The notes under the pieces: model-generated
Database searches by the model: none
Seen by the model: only the letters and a program-made list of their open reading frames with translations
What the model was told of the DNA's origin: nothing
Part shown: in pieces, positions 19,359 through 28,471 of the stretch
Layout of the letters: each line of letters starts with the position of its first letter
Position numbering within the stretch: position 1 is the stretch's first letter
DNA from: a virus
Taxonomy: Duplodnaviria; Caudoviricetes
DNA: 64,000 bases
Strand: one strand, 5' to 3'
Virus record (IMG/VR): IMGVR_UViG_3300028048_000055
Coordinates: 101,062 to 165,061 of that record
Made by a program: the position numbers and the translations under genes

Positions 19359-19669
19359 ATCGTATAAGAATATCAGAAGCTAAACAAATTCTCGAAGATA
19401 ATGGCTATATCGTAGAACGCGATACGGCCATTTCTACTTTTAAAGATAAGGTCATGGAACATTTAAGATATCTTTGTGATCCTCTCCTTAGAGCAGACTT
19501 TGACCCAGATGATGTATTTGAAAAGGCATATGATGTCTATAAAGCAAAATACAGTGCTGGATATGATGCTTGGGACACTGCAAAAGACATGATTGCTAGA
19601 TATCGTTTTATGGTAAAATGGCATGAAATCGAAGGAGTAAGACGTGGTAGTTCACAAGAAAGGGCATAA
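19355..19669 (+). CDS. late protein with EAxxILxxxGYxVE motif (putative internal head protein)
   Basis: ISEAKQILEDNGYIVER. Confidence 0.6.
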   Translation: MNRIRISEAKQILEDNGYIVERDTAISTFKDKVMEHLRYLCDPLLRADFDPDDVFEKAYDVYKAKYSAGYDAWDTAKDMIARYRFMVKWHEIEGVRRGSSQERA

Positions 19670-19862
19670 AAATAGTAAAGGCGAAAAAGCTGAATGGTGT
19701 ATTGTTTCACACAAGACACATAAGATTCTAAGTTCTCATAAATCTAAAGCCGCAGCTAAAAAGCATTTACAGCAGATGCATATTTTCAAAGAAAATGAGA
19801 TGTCAGTCGAACAGGCTCTTGATATTCTAAAAGAAAACGGATATATTACGGAGCAAGAATGA
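19644..19862 (+). CDS. small basic protein with C-terminal EAxxILxxxGY motif
   Basis: GTG start with SD GGAG; VEQALDILKENGYITE. Confidence 0.55.
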   Translation: MVVHKKGHKNSKGEKAEWCIVSHKTHKILSSHKSKAAAKKHLQQMHIFKENEMSVEQALDILKENGYITEQE

Positions 19863-20395
19863 CCAACAAAAGTTTAACAAAGAATTTCAAATTATCAGAA
19901 TTCATATCAACAGACCCGACCGAATACCAGTTATGTCTTTTAACTATCCTTGCGGAAAACCTCCAGAAGGTCAGAGATTTATTACAGATATATGCAGTAG
20001 ACGGTAAAACTGTTTCCATAGGTATTTCATCAGGTGTAAGAACTCAAGCCGATTATGATAGATTAAAAGCAAAAGGATATAATCCTAGCAAGACAAGTGA
20101 CCATTTCTGCGGTCTTCAACTCGATTGCAAACCCACATTAGGCGCTGCAGATATCTATATCAAGAACTGTAAACTTCCGTTAAAGGAAATCACATCCTTG
20201 ATTATTACTTGGGATAGAGAAGAAAGAGTTGACTTCGGTCAGGTAATCTATGAATACAATCCAGCTACTAAGTCTGAGTGGATTCACCTTGGAAATGATC
20301 CTGAACAGATATTTTCTGATAAAGTTGTCGTTTCCAGAAAGAAATACTTGATGTCTCTCGATAATGGTAAAACTTATAAGGATTTTAAACTATAA
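19859..20395 (+). CDS. peptidase M15A-family endolysin
   Basis: NFKLSEF, ISSGVRT, SDH, AADI, WIHLG (H/D/H zinc ligands). Confidence 0.8.
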   Translation: MTNKSLTKNFKLSEFISTDPTEYQLCLLTILAENLQKVRDLLQIYAVDGKTVSIGISSGVRTQADYDRLKAKGYNPSKTSDHFCGLQLDCKPTLGAADIYIKNCKLPLKEITSLIITWDREERVDFGQVIYEYNPATKSEWIHLGNDPEQIFSDKVVVSRKKYLMSLDNGKTYKDFKL

Positions 20396-20434
20396 TTGTT
20401 GCTTTCCATTTTTGGGCACGTTTCAAAAGCAACA

Positions 20435-20463
20435 GCACTAGACGAAAGTCTAGTGTTTTTTAT
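20435..20463 (+). terminator. intrinsic terminator
   Basis: gcactagac-GAAA-gtctagtgt followed by T-tract. Confidence 0.8.
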
Positions 20464-20468
20464 TCGGG

Positions 20469-20497
20469 TTTACAAATCAATTTATTTTTACTATCTT
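20469..20497 (+). promoter_or_regulatory. early promoter TTTACA-N17-TATCTT
   Basis: 17-nt spacer; ATG 7 nt downstream. Confidence 0.65.
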
Positions 20498-20504
20498 TGA
20501 TAAT

Positions 20505-21653
20505 ATGTATATACCGAAGTTAGAAGATTATTATCGATTAGTAGATGAAGGTTTATTATCAAAGCATGAAACTGAAGATTTAGTCGGTTTCAAGTATAAT
20601 ATTCATACTACTTTTAATAAGCTATGGAATGACGTTACTCTTAACGCCCGTGGTATTACTTTTGATAAGCATACCGGTAAAATTGTTGCACGTCCTTTCC
20701 GAAAGTTCTTCAATCACTCGGAATTTATTACTATTGACCATGCAACAACGGAGCTTTATGATATTGTTCCACAAGAATATCGTCCGAATATTTCTGGCCC
20801 TTTCAGAGTTATGGATAAGCTTGATGGTTTCCTCGCTATTACGTTCTATAATCCCTACACAGAAAAGTGGCAGGTAAAGACTGGTGGTTCATTTCAGGCA
20901 AAGCAGTCTGATTGGGGTCAACATTGGCTTGATGAACATGTCAATACCGATAAGATGAAACTTGAAAATACCTATCTTTTCGAAGGTATTTGGAGTGGTG
21001 ATAGACATGTAGTCAAGTATGACTATGAAGCTCTTAAATTGCTCGCTGTTATCCCGAATGCAACTGGTAATGAATTACCATTATCTGACATTATCCAAGC
21101 AGCAAATGATTTGGGTGTAGAAATGGCAGAAGTTAAGCAGTATTCTAATTTCAATGATATGCTTAAGGAAGTTGCTGATTATCCGTCTACACTTGAAGGC
21201 GTTGTCGTTACATTCGATAACGGTTATAAGTGCAAGGTTAAGGGTATTCAGTATTGTGAGATGTTCATGGTATTGAACAACTTGACTGAAAGAGAAATTT
21301 ACATGAGATATGATCCGGTTAAGGATATTGTTTATGCTAATGTAAATCCGGCAAATGGCTATAAACCGCTTGATGAAGAAGTTCTTGTGGTTCCTGAAGA
21401 ATTGCCGGAAATTTCAGAATATGTAAAGGTTCTTAAAACCAGACAACACGCATTGTTTGAAACTGTATTAAATATGGCCAAGGAAATCCTTAAGACCGGT
21501 TTTGAAGGTAAGGCTTTATACGATGAAGTATGCAATCGTTGGAAGAATAAACCGGAACTTATCGGTGCAACAATGGGTGCAATAAAGTCTTTACAGAGAG
21601 GCGATACTGTATTCTCTACAGCTAAACTTGCTGTCAAGAAACTTTTACGATAA
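20505..21653 (+). CDS. rnlA: RNA ligase 1 (T4 Rnl1/RnlA family)
   Basis: ARGITF...ARPFRKFFN, motif I KLDG, TYLFE, EGVVV, KxK. Confidence 0.85.
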   Translation: MYIPKLEDYYRLVDEGLLSKHETEDLVGFKYNIHTTFNKLWNDVTLNARGITFDKHTGKIVARPFRKFFNHSEFITIDHATTELYDIVPQEYRPNISGPFRVMDKLDGFLAITFYNPYTEKWQVKTGGSFQAKQSDWGQHWLDEHVNTDKMKLENTYLFEGIWSGDRHVVKYDYEALKLLAVIPNATGNELPLSDIIQAANDLGVEMAEVKQYSNFNDMLKEVADYPSTLEGVVVTFDNGYKCKVKGIQYCEMFMVLNNLTEREIYMRYDPVKDIVYANVNPANGYKPLDEEVLVVPEELPEISEYVKVLKTRQHALFETVLNMAKEILKTGFEGKALYDEVCNRWKNKPELIGATMGAIKSLQRGDTVFSTAKLAVKKLLR

Positions 21654-21663
21654 AGGAGTAATT

Positions 21664-21954
21664 ATGTTAAAGAAACTGATTTTTACAATATCCGTATGTT
21701 TGGGTCTTGTTTTTGCTCAAGATCTTAGCTTACTAAAAATCAATCTTGATATGCCAGTCGATTACAGCGATTCGGTTCAGCCGAACTATGTCCCTGAGTC
21801 GATTACTAAGGCTATTGATAATATGAAGTTTCAACCGAAACAAAAGCATATTATTCTGAGACATAATTACTTTGATATCATTGAACGATATCTTGAAAAT
21901 GATTCACTGGATCATTACTGGTTCTGGAACTATAAGCTTATTATTAATTTTTAA
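21664..21954 (+). CDS. secreted/periplasmic hypothetical protein
   Basis: Signal peptide MLKKLIFTISVCLGLVFA-QD; SD AAGGAG. Confidence 0.55.
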   Translation: MLKKLIFTISVCLGLVFAQDLSLLKINLDMPVDYSDSVQPNYVPESITKAIDNMKFQPKQKHIILRHNYFDIIERYLENDSLDHYWFWNYKLIINF

Positions 21955-21958
21955 GATT

Positions 21959-22174
21959 ATGAAAGATTTAATGCATAACTATTTCGAAGGCACTATTGTC
22001 GGAATTAAAAATAAAAAATATTATAATATTAAATTAAAAGAAAGTAATGTTATAATTAGTGCAATTTTATCGAACCGACTTAAATGGTACAAACTTAAAA
22101 TAATTCCAGGTGATTCAGTTACATTTTATTCAGAAAATGGATATAATGTTATTGGCGATAGGATTTTTAATTAA
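21959..22174 (+). CDS. infA: translation initiation factor IF-1-like (S1/OB fold) protein
   Basis: 71 aa; FEGTIV...ISAILSNRLKWYKLKIIPGDSVT resembles IF-1 (G-x-V...[23 protein letters not shown]). Confidence 0.6.
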   Translation: MKDLMHNYFEGTIVGIKNKKYYNIKLKESNVIISAILSNRLKWYKLKIIPGDSVTFYSENGYNVIGDRIFN

Positions 22175-22189
22175 AAAGGATAAAAATAA

Positions 22190-22498
22190 ATGAACGTAAT
22201 GGTATCTATTTTTGGTACTTCTAAGTCAAAAGTGCCTGATATGAGGGCGAACTTCGTCGTAACTGAATCCATGTCAAATGGACGATGGATAAACGGAGTA
22301 AAGAATTTCGAATATACTCTGGATAATGAATTAATCGATGAAATCGATGAATCCAGACTTGTCGATAGAATTAAGGAAAAGATTTATGCCTTGATTAATT
22401 CTCCGGTTGCTCGGCAGTGGGTCAGTTCACCGACCCTTAGGGTATATTATAACCCTGAAGCTGCTGGTAACGTTATTGTCAAGAGCGTGTTTGGCTAA
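22190..22498 (+). CDS. hypothetical protein
   Basis: SD AAGGA. Confidence 0.55.
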   Translation: MNVMVSIFGTSKSKVPDMRANFVVTESMSNGRWINGVKNFEYTLDNELIDEIDESRLVDRIKEKIYALINSPVARQWVSSPTLRVYYNPEAAGNVIVKSVFG

Positions 22499-22679
22499 GT
22501 AGAACTTCGACCATTCGTTGGGTTATTTCAATCCTGGTCTGTTCATCTGATATAGTTTCTACTGGAATCTTATATTTTAGCATTTCCTTTGCCGCATAGG
22601 TAAGCCTGTCATTATATGACAGGTCTTTTATTTTATTATATTCTTCCATTATACTTTGATAAAAACTATATTCACTCAT
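22479..22679 (-). CDS. small late hypothetical protein
   Basis: Minus-strand TATAAATA 4 nt upstream. Confidence 0.5.
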   Translation of the reverse strand: MSEYSFYQSIMEEYNKIKDLSYNDRLTYAAKEMLKYKIPVETISDEQTRIEITQRMVEVLLSQTRS

Positions 22680-22683
22680 GCCT

Positions 22684-22695
22684 TATTTATAAATA
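22684..22695. promoter_or_regulatory. bidirectional late promoter TATTTATAAATA
   Basis: Palindrome giving TATAAATA on both strands between divergent ATGs. Confidence 0.7.
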
Positions 22696-22699
22696 ATAC

Positions 22700-23644
22700 A
22701 TGAATGAATCCGAACAATTTGAACTATTTAAAATCAAGCAGAAGATAATCACAGAAACAAGAGCATTGCATGTCGATGAGCTTGTTCAGGAATATAAATC
22801 TAAGGTTATGAAGGCTATCAGACAGCACGTAGTCAAGTATCTTGATATGGTCTGGGATGGAAAGCCTGTTCCTAAGCTTATAACAATCTTTATTCCTAAT
22901 ATGATGGCTTCTACTACATACTGTAAAGAACCTGTCAGAATGAAAGGACTTGTAGTCAGAGTCTATTTCGATACCAATAGAGTTAGAGATGACTATACTA
23001 GGGCTAAAGGTCCAGGAAAAGGTTCATTATATGCAAGTGCCGCAGGTGACTTGAACCCTGGGTTGGATGGTAAACTCGATCCTACTCCAATGCTACTGAA
23101 TCTTCCTGTCATATATGGTATTCAGCATTGTAAGAAAGTTAAAGGCGGTTATGCTTTGCCTTTCGAAGATATGGTTGATGATTTCGGTTCAGTATATGAT
23201 ACACCAGAAGAAATAGTCGACGCCATCATGGAAGAATACTTTACAGATTACTTCCAGGAAGCATTAAGTCATGAACTGACTCACTTTGTCCAGTCAAATA
23301 ACCAATATGTTGACGGAACAGAGAATGCCAAGGAATATGATCCACAAGAAGTCTTTAGAACTGGCCAATATTTTGTTGACGAACTCGAAGTCGAAGCAAG
23401 ATTGCATCAAAGAATGCCAGCCTATGTAGATTCGATTCTTAGGGCACGAGATATTACTCCGATTGCCAAACAGATAGTCTACAAGATGTTTGCTAACAGG
23501 TTCAAGGAAGTTCCGAAGGATGTAAAGCATAAATACTTCAATATGGTATTGCGTTTATGTCAAGCAATAAAGACAGTCCCTGGAATAACAAAATATAATT
23601 ATAATACACCAAAAATGCGCCGGGCATTGCATGATGCATTATAA
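22700..23644 (+). CDS. late zincin-like metallopeptidase (HExxH)
   Basis: ALSHELTHFVQ with downstream YFVDELEVEAR. Confidence 0.65.
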   Translation: MNESEQFELFKIKQKIITETRALHVDELVQEYKSKVMKAIRQHVVKYLDMVWDGKPVPKLITIFIPNMMASTTYCKEPVRMKGLVVRVYFDTNRVRDDYTRAKGPGKGSLYASAAGDLNPGLDGKLDPTPMLLNLPVIYGIQHCKKVKGGYALPFEDMVDDFGSVYDTPEEIVDAIMEEYFTDYFQEALSHELTHFVQSNNQYVDGTENAKEYDPQEVFRTGQYFVDELEVEARLHQRMPAYVDSILRARDITPIAKQIVYKMFANRFKEVPKDVKHKYFNMVLRLCQAIKTVPGITKYNYNTPKMRRALHDAL

Positions 23645-23666
23645 ATAGAATAAAGGAGGCTCCAAA

Positions 23667-23726
23667 ATGGCAAAGAAAGAAACAAAACAGAATGTACCAC
23701 CTTGGGCTAAGGGCGGAAAAGTCTAA
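23667..23726 (+). CDS. 19-aa basic peptide MAKKETKQNVPPWAKGGKV
   Basis: Late promoter 23640-23647, SD AAGGAGG, own terminator. Confidence 0.55.
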   Translation: MAKKETKQNVPPWAKGGKV

Positions 23727-23764
23727 TAAGATTTGACGCAAATATCCTGAATGCATTCAAAACT

Positions 23765-23790
23765 GACCGGCGAACAACCGGTCTTTTTTA
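23765..23790 (+). terminator. intrinsic terminator
   Basis: gaccgg-cgaacaa-ccggtc followed by T-tract. Confidence 0.75.
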
Positions 23791-23800
23791 ATAAAAAAGG

Positions 23801-23829
23801 TTTACAAAGTATGTAAATTATATTATATT
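23801..23829 (+). promoter_or_regulatory. early promoter TTTACA-N17-TATATT
   Basis: Consensus match. Confidence 0.7.
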
Positions 23830-23849
23830 TTAACGTGATAGAGGTGTTT

Positions 23850-24086
23850 ATGTATCTTAAAACGATTGGTCGTGTACAAACTCTTTGGAATAAGGCGCAA
23901 GCTGCACATAAGGATAATTTTAATTATACAACTAAGAATGGTAAGAAATTTATAGTTAAGAATATGCCATTGTCTAATAGTTTTACGGTTTTTGATAATA
24001 ATCATCAACTACTTGCTCGTGATGTTTCTAATATTGATGACTTAGCAAATTGTCTTCTAGCAATCAGTAAATCAAAGGAAAACTGA
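23850..24086 (+). CDS. hypothetical protein
   Basis: SD GAGGTG; start revised. Confidence 0.55.
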   Translation: MYLKTIGRVQTLWNKAQAAHKDNFNYTTKNGKKFIVKNMPLSNSFTVFDNNHQLLARDVSNIDDLANCLLAISKSKEN

Positions 24087-24445
24087 TGAAGAAACTGTTA
24101 CTCATTCTGTTTTTAGCAATAAATACCTTTGCGGCAAGCGAGTATTGTCAAAAGCTATATGATAATTTTAAAGCTACGATAGAACCTCAAATGACAGCAC
24201 TCTGTATCACTAAGGAAACAGGAGTTTTCAGTTATAATTTTTACATGCACCAAGATTCAACCTATGCCGATATGAAATTGGTTTTTGGTCTTGGTAAGGA
24301 ATCTCACCTTTACCAAAAAGGTGTAGATGAAATCGATATTGTTGAACTTGAATGCATGGAAGAAACTGATGATGCAGAAGATGTTTTAAAGATTCTGTTT
24401 GCTAATCATTCTTGTGCTAAAGAATTTAAGGAATTGAATAAGTAA
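24086..24445 (+). CDS. secreted hypothetical protein
   Basis: Signal peptide MKKLLLILFLAINTFA. Confidence 0.6.
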   Translation: MKKLLLILFLAINTFAASEYCQKLYDNFKATIEPQMTALCITKETGVFSYNFYMHQDSTYADMKLVFGLGKESHLYQKGVDEIDIVELECMEETDDAEDVLKILFANHSCAKEFKELNK

Positions 24446-24446
24446 T

Positions 24447-25058
24447 ATGCAGTTATATTTTATTAGACATGCAATGACTGATGCTAACCAGTCTGGTTCC
24501 ATGGTTAAGGATTATAGTGAATCCAGTATTTTACCATTTGACGTTGCAGACTGGAATAAAAAAATTGGCAAAAATATTAACTATAATAAAATGACAGACT
24601 TGCTTTTGTCGTCTCCCGCAAAAAGATGCATTCAGACTGCGAATGCAATTTTTGGCAATACCAGTGAAATTTTTAATAACAGTAACTTGGCAGAATTTGA
24701 CTGCTCTGGCCTTGGTGACTTAAAATTCTGGGAAATCGACGAAAAGACTTTTGATGAAAAATCCGGTGTCACAAATGCTGACATGGATTTACAAATTGAT
24801 TTGTTACTTGACAGTTTTAAAGAAATAGAAAAAGTATGTAACTGCAAGAAATTTATCTGCTTTAGCCACGGAATGGTTATCAGATATATCTATCACTATT
24901 TTAATAACAATAAGAAGGTTTCGCCTTATGATGTAATCAATAGCAAGGGTTTCTCTTTTGCTAATCTGGATATGTTGCATGTCGATACCGAAACTGGCAA
25001 AATGGAAGTATATAGATTTAAGGAACCAGTTTGCCATCAAGATACAAAAGAGAAATAA
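24447..25058 (+). CDS. histidine phosphatase superfamily protein
   Basis: FIRHAMT, SSPAKRCIQTA, LAEFDC, FSHG. Confidence 0.85.
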   Translation: MQLYFIRHAMTDANQSGSMVKDYSESSILPFDVADWNKKIGKNINYNKMTDLLLSSPAKRCIQTANAIFGNTSEIFNNSNLAEFDCSGLGDLKFWEIDEKTFDEKSGVTNADMDLQIDLLLDSFKEIEKVCNCKKFICFSHGMVIRYIYHYFNNNKKVSPYDVINSKGFSFANLDMLHVDTETGKMEVYRFKEPVCHQDTKEK

Positions 25059-25059
25059 T

Positions 25060-26184
25060 ATGATTCAAAAGACGGGATATTTTTTCGTAAAAAACATTCA
25101 GAATAAAAAGTTAACTTCTTTAAATATCATTTATCACATAGGTCCAGCATATGAAGCGCGAGGCCGAAGAGGCGTTGCTCATTTAATGGAACACATGATT
25201 ACAAAGTGTATTGATAAATATACATCGCAGTTTACAAGAGATTGTGTTACATTTAATGCTGTTACAACCACTAATTATATTAAAGTTTATTTTGCTGGTT
25301 TGAAAGAAAAACTTCCGGCAAATTTTAAACAGCAACTAGTTAAAGAACTTCTTCGCAGTTTTGATAATTTAACTGAAGAAGAATATAAGGCTGAACAGAA
25401 TGTAGTTCTTCAAGAAATTTCTGATAATTTTAGTTCTCCTGAAGACGGTTTCTTAAGTAATATTCTTTATAATTATTATAATGTCACTTTGCCGCTTGGT
25501 GTTCCGAAAGATGTCGCGAATTTTACCTATGAACAGGCAAAGGAAATGGCAAATAATTTCTTCTCTCGTCCGTCTGCAATTATCGAGCGATGCGATGAAC
25601 CTACAGATTTTAGTTTTGTAGAATATAATGAAAAAGAACCTTTCCCGATTCTTATCTGGTATAAAGAACGTAATAGAAAGGTTATGGAAGAAGTTAAGTC
25701 TAATAAGGGTATTATCTATGTAATGAATAGAAAACCCATTAAGAAGACTGATTATATTTTTATGGCTGTCGGTCTTCATATGTTTGCTAGCGGCGATTTA
25801 GATTCTCCGTTCTGTGATGAGATTAGAACTAAACGTGGTTTAAGCTATTATGCATATAGTGATTTGCTTAAATTTGATAAGCAAGGAATGATGTATCTTA
25901 CTGCATGTACTGATAAAGAACATATGGAAGAACTTAAAACTGTAATAATGGATATGTGTCGTAATGTTAGAAAGTATTTGACTAAAGAACGTTATGACGA
26001 TGTTATCGAAATGATTAATACAAAGAGAAAGTTTGATAGATATAATAATTGGGCAAATGTCGATAAGTATATTCTTCCTATGTTACCTAAGTTAAATCAG
26101 ACTACGCAAAAACGACTTAATTATGAGCAAGTCGTCGGAACAATGGAAAAGTATTTCTACTCACTTGAATTCTTTATTCAATAG
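25060..26184 (+). CDS. M16 (insulinase-like) zinc peptidase
   Basis: GVAHLMEHM (HxxEH), NAVT, EIRTKRGLSY; start revised from 24958. Confidence 0.85.
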   Translation: MIQKTGYFFVKNIQNKKLTSLNIIYHIGPAYEARGRRGVAHLMEHMITKCIDKYTSQFTRDCVTFNAVTTTNYIKVYFAGLKEKLPANFKQQLVKELLRSFDNLTEEEYKAEQNVVLQEISDNFSSPEDGFLSNILYNYYNVTLPLGVPKDVANFTYEQAKEMANNFFSRPSAIIERCDEPTDFSFVEYNEKEPFPILIWYKERNRKVMEEVKSNKGIIYVMNRKPIKKTDYIFMAVGLHMFASGDLDSPFCDEIRTKRGLSYYAYSDLLKFDKQGMMYLTACTDKEHMEELKTVIMDMCRNVRKYLTKERYDDVIEMINTKRKFDRYNNWANVDKYILPMLPKLNQTTQKRLNYEQVVGTMEKYFYSLEFFIQ

Positions 26185-26187
26185 TGG

Positions 26188-26216
26188 TTTACAAAATAAT
26201 AATCTTTTACTATATT
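26188..26216 (+). promoter_or_regulatory. early promoter TTTACA-N17-TATATT
   Basis: Consensus match. Confidence 0.7.
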
Positions 26217-26238
26217 TGTTAAAAACAAAGGAGTTTTA

Positions 26239-27306
26239 ATGAAATACTTTTTTGGCCTTGCTGCTGATCCGTTAACCATTGGTCATATTGCTATTATTAA
26301 GACAATTCATAAGCAACTTAAGAATAATGATGAACTTTATATTGCTATTTCTAATAATGATGAAAAGCAATATCATGCTACACTTGATGAACGTTTTTCT
26401 ATTGTCCATGATGCGATTATGGACAAGTTCAAGAAGAATCCGCCGATTCTCGTGAAGCAAGACAAGCGAACTCTTGCATTCCTCACTGAAAATTTTGCAG
26501 ATCAGGAAAAGGAAATTGTCATTTGTGTTGGTGAAGATGAATGGAAGTCTTTGCTTGAGGGTCGATGGGTAAATTATGACCTCATTCTTAAGCGATATCA
26601 GTTCCTTGTCGTTGGTCGTCAGAATACTGAAATCAAGACTTGTGGCTATCCTGTTACCGTCGTGAACATTCAGGATTGTACTGATGTTTCTTCCTCTGCA
26701 GTAAGAGATATTCTTTACAGAAATCCGAACTGTCATTATTGTGATGTAGAAAAGCATATTACGCATCAAACTTTCCGTTCTATTAAGGAAAATCGTCTTT
26801 ATTTTCAAAATGATGAACAATATGCTGAAGAAGAAGCAGAATTTCTTAGAAGTTATGCGATTGCTAAGAAAAATAATGGATGGGGTGAACCATCTGTAAC
26901 TGCTGATACTATTGCATATAATGGTGATAAAATTCTTCTTATTCGTCGTTTAAAACCGCCATTTAAAAATCATTGGTGTTTATGCGGTGGATTTATGGAT
27001 TTAACGGATGAAGATTTAAGATATACTGCATCTCGAGAATTAGAAGAAGAAACTAATATAAAAATTGATCCACTACGATTTAGGCAAGTAAAGACATATA
27101 GTCATAAATTTGATCCTAGAATGCGTATTGTAGATACTGCTTTCGAAGTTAGAGTTTCTAAAAAAGAAATGAAATCTATGAAAGCAGGTGATGATGCACG
27201 AGATGCTGCATGGTTCGATTTAGATAATTTGCCTTTATTAGGTTTTCATCATAAAATGATTATTGAAGATTGGCAAAAGAAACGTAATAACGAATCTTAT
27301 CTTTAA
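26239..27306 (+). CDS. nadD: bifunctional nicotinate/nicotinamide mononucleotide adenylyltransferase (NadD/NadM-like) - Nudix hydrolase
   Basis: DPLTIGH (HIGH-like), VGED, VSSSAVR; C-terminal Nudix box GGFMD...ASRELEEETNI and AGDDA. Confidence 0.8.
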   Translation: MKYFFGLAADPLTIGHIAIIKTIHKQLKNNDELYIAISNNDEKQYHATLDERFSIVHDAIMDKFKKNPPILVKQDKRTLAFLTENFADQEKEIVICVGEDEWKSLLEGRWVNYDLILKRYQFLVVGRQNTEIKTCGYPVTVVNIQDCTDVSSSAVRDILYRNPNCHYCDVEKHITHQTFRSIKENRLYFQNDEQYAEEEAEFLRSYAIAKKNNGWGEPSVTADTIAYNGDKILLIRRLKPPFKNHWCLCGGFMDLTDEDLRYTASRELEEETNIKIDPLRFRQVKTYSHKFDPRMRIVDTAFEVRVSKKEMKSMKAGDDARDAAWFDLDNLPLLGFHHKMIIEDWQKKRNNESYL

Positions 27307-27310
27307 AATT

Positions 27311-27419
27311 TATGAAGGACAGGTATATATCCCCATTATACTTGTGGATATTCACACTATCCACTAACTTCATATAAATATATTAGAAGGTGTGAACTTC
27401 TTATTTTTATGGGGTATTT
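27311..27419 (+). promoter_or_regulatory. structured leader (three-way junction, complementary loops) with late promoter 27373-27380
   Basis: Stems and loop complementarity read directly from the sequence; see findings. Confidence 0.6.
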
Positions 27420-28388
27420 ATGAAGACTAGGCAATGTCTTAAGTGTAACTGTATAATATCAGTTAGAAGTTTTTTAAAACATATATTAAATAAACATAAT
27501 CTTTCTGAAAAAGAATATTATGATTTATATCTTAAACAGCCTGATGAAGGTTTATGTAAAAACTGCGGTAAACAAACTAGATTTTATTCAATAACTAGAG
27601 GTTATTGTTCAACATGCTCATTAAATTGTGGTGCATCACTAGGGCAAAAGAAAAGATATGAAAAACCAGAAGAACATTTAAAAAGTTCAATTATTACTAA
27701 GAAACAAATGGCAAATTCACAAGCTAGGATAATTCTTAGTAAAAAAGCAAAAGAACGGTTTTCAGACCCAGCAGAACGTGAAAGAATTAGTAATGCAGTA
27801 AAAAATTCAGAAATATTTAAAAATAAAATACATTCTGAAGAATATTCTATAAATATGCATAATTTATTAATTGAGCGTTATTTGCATCCAGAAAATAGAT
27901 TAAAAATGAGTGAATCTTGTAAAAATTCACCAAAATTTAAAAATGGTGCAAGACAAACAAAAGAATTTCGTGAACGTCATAGTGAAATAATGCATGAACG
28001 GTTAAAAAATGGAAAACTTATGGTTAAATATGAGTATAATAATGAAACATTTATGTCATTGCCCGAATTTGCATTTTATATATGGCTTAAACAGCATAAG
28101 GTTGAATTTGAATATCAATGTGAACCATTATTTTATGAAAAGAATGGTGTGATTAAACGATATATACCAGATTTTAAAGTAAAAGGACGATATGTTGAAA
28201 TTAAGAGTCCATTTTTAATTAAAGATAATCATTTGTGGGATCCGTTTGAAAAAAGATTTAATATTGAAAAAGAACAATGCATGATTAAAAATAATGTATA
28301 TGTTATGACAGAAGATAAGTATAATATATTCGTTAATTGGTTTAAAAAACATTATGATAATGAATTTATTTTAAATCACAGAAAATAA
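27420..28388 (+). CDS. free-standing endonuclease: N-terminal zinc fingers, helical repeats, C-terminal PD-(D/E)xK domain
   Basis: CLKC..HILNKH, CKNCG..CSLNC; YIPDFKVKGRYVEIKS. Confidence 0.75.
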   Translation: MKTRQCLKCNCIISVRSFLKHILNKHNLSEKEYYDLYLKQPDEGLCKNCGKQTRFYSITRGYCSTCSLNCGASLGQKKRYEKPEEHLKSSIITKKQMANSQARIILSKKAKERFSDPAERERISNAVKNSEIFKNKIHSEEYSINMHNLLIERYLHPENRLKMSESCKNSPKFKNGARQTKEFRERHSEIMHERLKNGKLMVKYEYNNETFMSLPEFAFYIWLKQHKVEFEYQCEPLFYEKNGVIKRYIPDFKVKGRYVEIKSPFLIKDNHLWDPFEKRFNIEKEQCMIKNNVYVMTEDKYNIFVNWFKKHYDNEFILNHRK

Positions 28389-28409
28389 AATTCTGAATTT
28401 TTCTAACTT

Positions 28410-28435
28410 AGACCGTAGAAAATACGGTCTTTTTT
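28410..28435 (+). terminator. intrinsic terminator
   Basis: agaccgta-gaaaa-tacggtct followed by T-tract. Confidence 0.8.
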
Positions 28436-28471
28436 ATTATAAATATAATAAAACTAACGTTAGAGGAATTT

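Noticed and set aside
20396-20463. Possible tRNA or ncRNA after the endolysin
   Set aside because: Only two simple hairpins, one a terminator; no cloverleaf or T-loop motif.
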